DNA from: Octopus vulgaris
Lineage: Eukaryota
DNA: 64,000 nt
NCBI GenBank assembly: GCA_951406725.2
Contig: OX597816.1
Span: 35,836,001-35,900,000 of the forward strand
Direction: 5' to 3'
Shown here piece after piece: positions 55,247-64,000 of the stretch; position 1 is the stretch's first letter; every line of letters begins with the position of its first letter. Position numbers and translations under genes: made by a program. The notes under the pieces were generated by a model that searched no databases, was not told the DNA's origin, and saw only the letters and a list, made by a program, of their open reading frames with translations.

Positions 55247-56040
55247 TACAGGGTATCGTAAATTAACTGTCGTCTAAATTACGCAAGAATGAAAATAACA
55301 CTGACATCTCATTTTAACAGATGAATTTACTAAAATTACATAAAATATATATTGCATTAATTACTAAAGTGTAAACTTATTCAGTAAAATAACCATTCGC
55401 TTTAACCCCGATCGCCAAACGACTTCGGAATCTTCTGTTGGTGAATGCTAACGTAATCCTTGCCTTCAGTTCATCTTTAGTGTTAAAAGGAGTTTTGTTG
55501 GCCTCTAACTCAACTGCGCCACACACATTAGAATCAAATGCATTGTAGTCTGGGTATTTAGGTAGCCAGTGGCGAAATGGTCGCAGAAATTGTCTGACAG
55601 CCATGACTGGGTTCTCCTGCTTCTGTGGCATGGTGCAGAGTCCTATTGTTAGACATAGGCTTTTCCAGTAGCCACCCTCTTGACTCAGAGTAGTACACCT
55701 TCCTCCAAGCACCTGATTTAAGCTTCCGTGTTGAGTGTGAGGCCGTGTGAGAAGACGAAGGGAGGCATAGTGTCGCCATCAATAGTGATCACTCCAAACA
55801 CCATGATGTTCAATTGATGATTGATTTTTATTATTCTCAGTATATGCACGGTCCTCAGATTGGCACCCTAACACTGTGAAATGTTTGTATTGGAGCTTCG
55901 GCGTGAATGCCAAGCGGTACAGCATGTTCTTTCCAAATTTCTGGCAGAGTAGATTGCGTTGTTGCGAATGGGTGTTTTTGTTCTCAGAGACGGTGTCCAA
56001 CTGACTCTACTATACTATGCAGTCAACAAATTCAAACAAA
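55247..56040 (-). mobile_element. maT-like (DD37D) transposon, internally deleted
   Basis: TIR TAcagggtatcg; PFNTKDELKARITLAFTN, MVFGVIT; homologous to 27521-28715. Confidence 0.85.
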
Positions 56041-56124
56041 ATGTATGAATATATGTATGTGTACATAAATATTGATCATATATGTATGTGTATATAAATG
56101 TTGATCATAACCGACGGAGTGCTC

Positions 56125-56176
<52 letters not shown>

Positions 56177-56355
56177 TTTGATTGATTTTTCCAGTTTCAG
56201 CTAATGAGCTGTGGCCATGCTGGGGCACCGCCATATATATATATATATTTAAATAATGAGGGAGATAAATTAATATTAGTTTCAATATCAATTTAAAACC
56301 AGTAGTCTAGCATACACAAAATTTGAGAAATCAGAGAAAATTCTAATATGTGTGC

Positions 56356-56567
56356 ATATTGGCAGGGCAAGACTGCTAGGTAGTCGGCCGTATGCTAGAA
56401 ATAGGTCATCAACGATCAAACTACAAAGAAAGTTCTCTAGAGGAAAAATTCAGCGAACACCAGAACCAAATGTGGCGGGCAGGACAGATGAAAAATTATA
56501 TGTTTGATCGTTGATGATCTATTTCTAGCATACTGCCGACTACCTAGCAGTCTTGCCCTGCCAATAT
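56356..56567. repeat. fold-back with 66-bp near-perfect arms (56356-56421 / 56502-56567)
   Basis: atattggcagggcaagactgctaggtagtcggc.gtatgctagaaatag.tcatcaacgatcaaac and its reverse complement. Confidence 0.88.
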
Positions 56568-56625
<58 letters not shown>

Positions 56626-56941
56626 CTATTCGTAAAGTGTAAAGTGACAGTCTTAGAAAAAATAGGTTTCATATCTTGCGTGTACTAGAAATATCTTCAG
56701 TTTCTCTAAACGATAACTGTTCTCTGCAAAGAATTTTTTTTTTTTAAACACAGGAAAGCCGGTGATAGTTGAAGAAACATTCGTCTTAAAATATTTGTCT
56801 TCCTTCGCTTGATAGCTAGGTTTTCCAATTTTGAAGTAAAAATTTCCGAAAATGTGGACAACTCCTCACGGCTTTTGTCATGTTAGTCCGTAAAGATTAT
56901 ATATTTTTCTACCATATACAATTTACATAGTCTTCTTCCAT

Positions 56942-57376
56942 GTGGACGGCCGATGTAACACCGAGGCTAGATTGTACCAAGCAAAGGTAGCCTCAAACAG
57001 TAGCAGCAGCAATATCAATAAAAGCAATGCCAACACAGGGAGACACACTAAAATTTATGTCGGATCTTGTGAATCTAAATTTAAAATTCGCCTGAACAAC
57101 CACAGACCTTCCTTCTGGGTCTCAGAGAGATGCAACACCACGGAAATCGCAGTAAACATGTGGCGCCTAAAGGACGATCATATGCCCATTAACATCAGGT
57201 GTAAATTGCTAGAAACTTGTGGACCCTATCGCAATGGAACAAGACTATGTAAATTGTGTATGGCAGAAAAATATATAATCCTTATGAAATCACATGAGCC
57301 AGGAGGCTACCCGAACTCCAAGACGGAAGCCGTGGGGCGCTGTCCACATTTTCGGAAATTTTTACTTCACAATTGA
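56942..57376 (+). pseudogene. PLE GIY-YIG endonuclease domain (open 144-codon frame, 5'-truncated)
   Basis: RLYQAKV...KIYVGSCESKFKIRLNNHRPSF...TTEI..MWRLK...CKLCMAEKYII...N..E..RCPH. Confidence 0.88.
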
Positions 57377-57510
57377 AAAACCTAGCTATCAAGCGAAGGA
57401 AGACAACTGGCCCAGCCATAATTTTTTGAGAGGAACATTTCTTCAACTATCACGGGCGTTCTTGTGTTATTTTTTTAAAAGAAAACATTGTTTGCAGAGA
57501 ATAGTTATCG

Positions 57511-57574
57511 TTTAGAGAAACTGAAGATGTCTAGTTCATGCTGATTTGAAACCAATTGGTGATTTTTTTCTAAA
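57511..57574 (+). ncRNA. hammerhead motif in the PLE terminus (G at the cleavage position)
   Basis: tttagagaaa CTGAAGA...GAAAC CAATTG GTg atttttttctaaa. The mirror copy at about 56652-56710 (-) lacks stem III. Confidence 0.55.
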
Positions 57575-58479
57575 ACTTTTACATTACACATACAAAAATA
57601 TAATTCTGATCTATACTCTTTTTCTGATTATGATCTAATAAAGAAGATATATATGTATATATATATACGCACGCAAAAAAATTATATATTTGCACAGGGG
57701 ATTATGTGGGTTTGAGTATGAATGTGTGTATGAGTATGCGAGTGTATTTGACTGTTTGTGCATTGTGTGTGTGTCTGTGTGTGTGGGTATTCATGAGTGC
57801 ATGTATGTATCTATACTTCTAAGTAGGTCGTTTCTTTGATCGCATACAAATCGAATTTTCAGAGTAAGTAAGCAATTGAGTTAAATAAATAATGCTGTGC
57901 GGTCGCAGGGGGAAACATGGAGATCTAACATGGAAACATTTTTTTTAAATAAAAAGAAAGAAAACAGAAAATCTTTGCTTTAAAAAATCGTGGTAAGTGT
58001 AGCAGGTGTAAGAGCTGAGATGGAAGAAAAGTGAAAAGTGATAATAATTCCCCTTTCGGGATACTTTATGTGAATACACATTTAATGGACATGTACTGAA
58101 TAATTGTATACTTACAATACATAAGTTAATCGATAGTTGAAAAGATGAAAAATGCTGCTTGAATATAGAACTACATAAATGGTAGGGAAATAAATAGATA
58201 TATATGTAGGTGAAAACTGAGTATATTTTTAAAACGTTGAAAAATAGATAGGGATATATTAAGACTAAAGAAACGTATAAGAGTAGGCGGGTGACCACCG
58301 AGGAAAGGAGTTAAAGAAAAATATATTAATACAATTATACTTTAGTTAAATTTCAACAGAACCCAGACTTCTCCAACCAGATTACAGTTGCCTGTTTGAT
58401 TTGGAAAAGAAAAAAATTCAGATGGTTTAATTTAAATTTTAAGAACTTGTCTTAAAGAACTTAAAGAACTAAATTTTAA

Positions 58480-58703
58480 GAACTTGCATTACCAGCTTAT
58501 AATTATTCTTCAACAATGATTCTCAGACACAATGAATTTGCAGACCCTGTAATTATTTCTATCCTATTCTTTTACATCGTTAATAAGACTTTCTATATTT
58601 CTCTTACCTCTGTCCCACTTAAACTACAAGTGTTTTCACTTTTTTATTTCACTATAACTCGTTGCCTTCTCAGCACTTAAGATTCTCTGATCATTTTTTG
58701 TTG

Positions 58704-58743
<40 letters not shown>

Positions 58744-59400
58744 TTACATATGCTTGTACGTATATAAACTCTTACCTATGTCAATACCCTGACCTCTAAG
58801 TTTTCTTTAAGCCTCCTCTGCTGACTAGATATTGTACGCCCAGATCCAATTATGTTTTAATTAAATATTTTGACTCTTCTGTTACTAACCCGTTTAATTC
58901 ATTTGATCACCTTCTTCCATACTTTATCCACGTTCATCTAAGATCTTTGCATTACTAAAATTTGCAGTTAGCCTTCCTTCTGCAACTAGTTTGTTGTACA
59001 TTTCCCTTATTGCAGACTCCTTATATTCATCTTCTTAGATCTCTGCAATTCGCCTTGCCACGCATTTTCGATCCCTTCCAATTTATATTTACACAATCGT
59101 TATAATCATCTATTCTTTTCATACATTTTAGCACATTTTTAGTTTACATCTCACCTTTATCTAACGTATACTATCATTAACATATTCCACATTTCTTTCG
59201 AATATGGCTGCCATACGAAATCCGAGTAGTTTCTTTAACATACTTCTGTAAATATATATACCGTCTTCTGTATACCCTATTGCATCAAGTATTTTTCCTT
59301 AAATAGGTTTCTATGACCAACAAGTTGCCTGACTTTTCCCTCTTTTGAAAATTATTTACTCTTCTGAACTAGATATTCTCCACATCGCCTAATTTCAACG
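58480..59400 (-). mobile_element. old RTE-like LINE remnants
   Basis: Weak echoes: DQRIL, ESLLKNNYKLVM, IENAW. Confidence 0.22.
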
Positions 59401-59800
59401 ACATCATTCATATTTCTGTACATACAAATATTCCATAATGGTGGTTTATTCCTACATGCGTGAATACATTAATGCATACATATACAAACGTGAATATATA
59501 TATATGTGTGTGTGTGACTGCGTGTGTGTGTGTGCGTGTATGTGTTGGTGTACAAGAAAAGTGAAGAAATCAAACAACAGGAGGGAAAGGTTTGGCAACA
59601 CCAGCCTCTTCCTCCACCAACATTGCCATGCAGCCCAATCCATTTTACCGTAACGAGTCAACGGAATAAAATGACATTCAAGGTCTACGTTCGATCTGCT
59701 CCACTCTCTTTGAATCACACTCATCCTTAAAAATTGCTGACATTCTACATACGTCACATTGAATTAAACACAATCAGGGTCACGCAATGCACACGCATGC

Positions 59801-59840
<40 letters not shown>

Positions 59841-59847
<7 letters not shown>

Positions 59848-60976
59848 GTTAATAAAATAGAACATATGCGTATATATAAACATATATGTACGTACCTACC
59901 TCTACATGTACATATACACGCATATATGTGTACAGGACACCAAAAAGACGTCGAACACATAGAGAGACGAAAAACATAGACACAAACCAAGGAACAGGAC
60001 AAGCAAAAAAAAGGGATACAAGACAATTAGCACAACGAAAAATCCCCTTCTTCAGTCGCTAAGGTTTCATCTACTCTACGTTTCGAAGGATAAAAGCGAG
60101 ACGTATCTTCGAAGAAACTTCCTTCCTGCGAAAAGCAAATCAATTAAAATTCTGTGATCTTTTCGCAGAGGGGTAAAAAATGGTAAAAAAATGGTAAAAA
60201 AAAAACAAGCAAGACGGTAACGACAGTACAAACATATAAACAGTAAAAAAATATATATAAACAGTGGAAAAATAAATATATAACAGTGAGAGACAGGACA
60301 AGGAGAACAAGATAAGAAGGGCTGTTTACGCCAGACGAAAAAAGTATTGCAAACGCTGGATTATAGTGGACGACGAGAGAGCAGAAATGTCGACCAGTGG
60401 CCTTAGAAGGCGGGCGAGAAAAGACAGGATAGCAGTTACGACGGAAGTATCGTCGCAGATGGACGACGGGAATCGGGGAGGAGGAGCAAGAGGAAGAGAG
60501 AGAAGAAGGGAAATGGTGCGAGGAGACCATGAAGAATGGTGAGGGGAGAGAGAGAATGAAGAATGAGAGAGAGAGGAAGAGACAAGTTAAGTGAGGGAAA
60601 AAAGACGAAAAAGGGAATGGGATAGAAAGAAAGAAAGATGCAGAGTCGCGTGAGAGTTAATATCAAGGCTAACTTGATAAACAGAACAATCTTACTTAAT
60701 AGGGTGCGTGCGTTTAGTCGTATAATATGTTAATAAAATAGACCATATGCGTATATATAAACATATATGTACGTACCTACCTCTACATGTACATATACAC
60801 GCATATATGTGTACAGGACACCAAAAAGACGTCGAACACATAGAGAGACGAAAAACATAGACACAAACCAAGGAACAGGACAAGCAAAAAAAAAAAGGGA
60901 TACAAGACAATTAGCACAACGAAAAATCGCCTTCTTCAGTCGCTAAGGTTTCATCTACTCTACGTTTCGAAGGATA
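59841..60976 (-). mobile_element. non-coding element with about 250-bp direct terminal repeats (PLE pseudo-LTR-like partial tandem)
   Basis: 59841-60092 is nearly identical to 60722-60976 (period 881 bp). Purine-rich interior on +; flanked by microsatellites. Confidence 0.8.
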
Positions 60977-60994
60977 TACAACATACATACATAT

Positions 60995-61097
<103 letters not shown>

Positions 61098-61099
61098 AA

Positions 61100-61405
61100 T
61101 TGGCACGCCGACGACGGTTCCAATTGATCCGATCTACAGAAAAGCCTGCTCGTGAAATTTACGTGCATGTGACTGTGCACTCCACAAACGCGCGTTCCCT
61201 TAATTTAGTTCTCAGATAGATCCAACTTCGACTGAATGTAACAAAACCGACCCTTTAACATACATGAACTACTCATTTTTGCCAGCTAAATGGACTGGGT
61301 TAACGTTAAATAAAGCCTATTGCACAAGGACACCACGCGCCACCATGTAACGAACTGACAACCTTACGATCTTGAACCGAATACACAAACCACATAACCA
61401 CGCGC
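61100..61405 (-). mobile_element. SINE family C-related, decayed
   Basis: gacgacggttccaattgatccgatc...gcctgctcgtgaaatttacgtgca...ccacgcgc. Confidence 0.72.
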
Positions 61406-61455
61406 ATTTATTCTACACAGACACAGACACACAGACACACACACACACACACACT

Positions 61456-61488
<33 letters not shown>

Positions 61489-61843
61489 ATATGTCTATAT
61501 ATATATATATAACGTATGTATATATATATATATATGTACATATATATATATATAAATATATGTCTATATATATATATAATATATATATATATACATTCAT
61601 ATTTATATATATATATATATGTGTGTGTGTGTCTGTGTGTTTGTGTGTGTGTGTGTGTGTATGTTAGTACAGTTTCCTTGATTCATTGCATGATATAGAT
61701 AATTGAGTACGATTTGTTATATCGAACGGAATGCAATTTATGTAAGTTAGGAAAAATATTACAAGTAGATGGTTTGTATTTAAAATTGAATGTCAAACAC
61801 CACTGCAGTGACCAGGGAACAGAGAATTCAGTTCATAACATAC

Positions 61844-61886
61844 TTTTCCGAAGAATACCTGAGCAAGTATCCCCAACTCAGAAATA
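61844..61886 (-). CDS. candidate 43-nt host exon (alternative donor would give 28 nt)
   Basis: gtacttttaccttttatttcag|TATTTCTGAG...GGAAAA|gtatgt. Open as ISELGILAQVFFGK or FLSWGYLLRYSSE. Confidence 0.38.
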
Positions 61887-62032
61887 CTGAAATAAAAGGT
61901 AAAAGTACAAACTATGTACTTGTATTACGTCTTACAACTTATTATGGGTTATAAAAATAATTTGGCTGTAAAAGGATACAAACATTCAAATAATACACAT
62001 ATGGATATAAATACATAGGTACATATATATAC

Positions 62033-62362
<330 letters not shown>

Positions 62363-62446
62363 TTCTACCGACCGATAAACTATGAATTGGTGCACTATTT
62401 ATCTACGAGAGGTACACAAATACACTACTATTTAAAACCAAAATTC

Positions 62447-62510
62447 CTGTAACCTAATGAAGGTGGTTTTTAAAATCTTGTTCTCCTGGAAATCGTTAAT
62501 GATGCTACAG
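62447..62510 (+). ncRNA. degenerate hammerhead motif
   Basis: ctgtaac CTaATGA agg...cct g GAAA tcgttaatgat gctacag; stem I ctgta/tacag and a near-palindromic stem III. Confidence 0.4.
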
Positions 62511-62754
62511 AAGGCCTCCAGGGCCTGCAGATACTGTGCACTATTAAGATAGTTATATTCAGTTCAAAGAACTACACGCTAGTGCTGCTGCGGCCAAGCA
62601 ATAATATATATCCAAACTAGCTATCCATATATGAATACACACACAGATGCACACACACATACACACACACATACATACACACACACACACACACACAAAG
62701 ACACACATGCACATGCATGCACCCTATCGTGGATACAATGTATACATACCTACA

Positions 62755-62796
<42 letters not shown>

Positions 62797-62799
<3 letters not shown>

Positions 62800-63113
62800 A
62801 ATATTAGGGAATAAATCCAAATTTAAGGAAAAAAATCAGATTTAAGATTAAATCCAATTTTATAGTAAAATATTATAAAATATTATTAGAGAAAAACACT
62901 ATTGCAAAACAAACAAGGAAAGACTTAATCAATACATAAAATTTTAATAAATAGTCAAAAAATTTGAAACTGACTTATTGAAGTCCACCTGAAGATTGTC
63001 GATCAAGACAAGAAACGATTGTAGTGGCGGTTTTTTGACTATTTATTAAAATTTTATGTATTGATTAAGTCTTTCCTTGTTTGTTTTGCAAAATAGTGGT
63101 TTTGTCTCTAATA

Positions 63114-63122
<9 letters not shown>
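62797..63122. repeat. fold-back PLE-type insert in (TA)n (about 90-bp arms 62875-62962 / 63031-63122)
   Basis: caaaacaaacaaggaaagacttaatcaatacataaaattttaataaatagtcaaaaaa and its exact reverse complement. Confidence 0.9.
62985..63027 (+). ncRNA. 43-nt minimal type I hammerhead ribozyme, intact core
   Basis: ccac CTGAAGA ttgtc-gatcaa-gacaa GAAAC gatt GTA gtgg; all three stems Watson-Crick. Confidence 0.87.
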
Positions 63123-63150
<28 letters not shown>

Positions 63151-63301
63151 TTAAGTGCATGCATATGTATGCCAATATTCTGTAAACGTCGGAATAAATG
63201 ACTGAACTTATTCTACACACACACACACACACATACACTAAAACACACACATGCACAAGCATACACCTCAACGTCGATGCAATGTATATATATATACTTA
63301 C

Positions 63302-63312
63302 ATGCCAATATT
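63302..63312 (-). CDS. candidate 11-nt microexon
   Basis: tttattccgacgtttacag|AATATTGGCAT|gtaagt. Confidence 0.28.
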
Positions 63313-63868
63313 CTGTAAACGTCGGAATAAATGACTGAATTGAAATGTTTATAAATTCTTCATAAGTTGTCACTTTATTACACATTTACATCTTTAACTC
63401 TGACAGGTTTGGGATTCGTTCTTAAACTAGTTCCATGGTAATATTGATATGCCTATTTGTTTGTTACAATACAATTGGAGATATGATTATATATAGCGTA
63501 AATTATTATACTATTTTTCATAATGATTGAGTCTAAACAGATGCAGAAATATCCATATCTGTCACTAAGAAATATGTGTAAATATTCCGATGTATTTATT
63601 GTCTAACAGACAGTGAGCCATTCGTTAAAACTTTGTTTAAATGACTATCCTTTCTCGATAGCTCATGAGAGGAAACCGTTTTGCAAATTCCATACGTGTA
63701 TTGTTCAAGTAATAAGAGAGATGTGCACCACCAGGAACGACTAAAGTGTACATGAGAAGACCAACAAAAAATATCAACTAATAGCAAAAGCTAAAGGTGA
63801 TGATCAATTTACATATTAGTATATATTGTTTGCAAAATATTCCTATTCCCAAGTATTCATATATATGT

Positions 63869-64000
<132 letters not shown>

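Larger units (their letters stand above)
56625..57590 (+). mobile_element. PLE 3' fragment preceded by an inverted copy of its own 3' end (about 240 bp)
   Basis: 56633-56872 is the reverse complement of 57329-57590; a GIY-YIG ORF lies between. Confidence 0.88.

Overview
AT-rich, microsatellite-saturated eukaryotic DNA. It is most consistent with an octopus (coleoid cephalopod) genome, which I infer from the tRNA-headed SINE families and the repeat content. No intact long ORF is present, and nearly all listed ORFs are microsatellite artefacts. The window holds three tRNA-derived SINE families, decayed mariner (DD34D) and maT-like (DD37D) transposons, CR1-type and RTE-type LINE fragments, and many Penelope-like element (PLE) pieces (one RT, three GIY-YIG endonuclease fragments). 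The strongest hidden signal is about 15 minimal type I hammerhead ribozyme motifs (CUGANGA...GAAA, often with a palindromic stem III), three of them with intact cores. Many sit in fold-back (inverted-repeat) inserts in microsatellites. Several fold-back junctions fall at the ribozyme, and some give head-to-head ribozyme pairs on opposite strands. Very short minus-strand exon candidates with strong splice signals suggest the window is mostly intron of an unidentified host gene. All coordinates and pairings were read by eye and are approximate.
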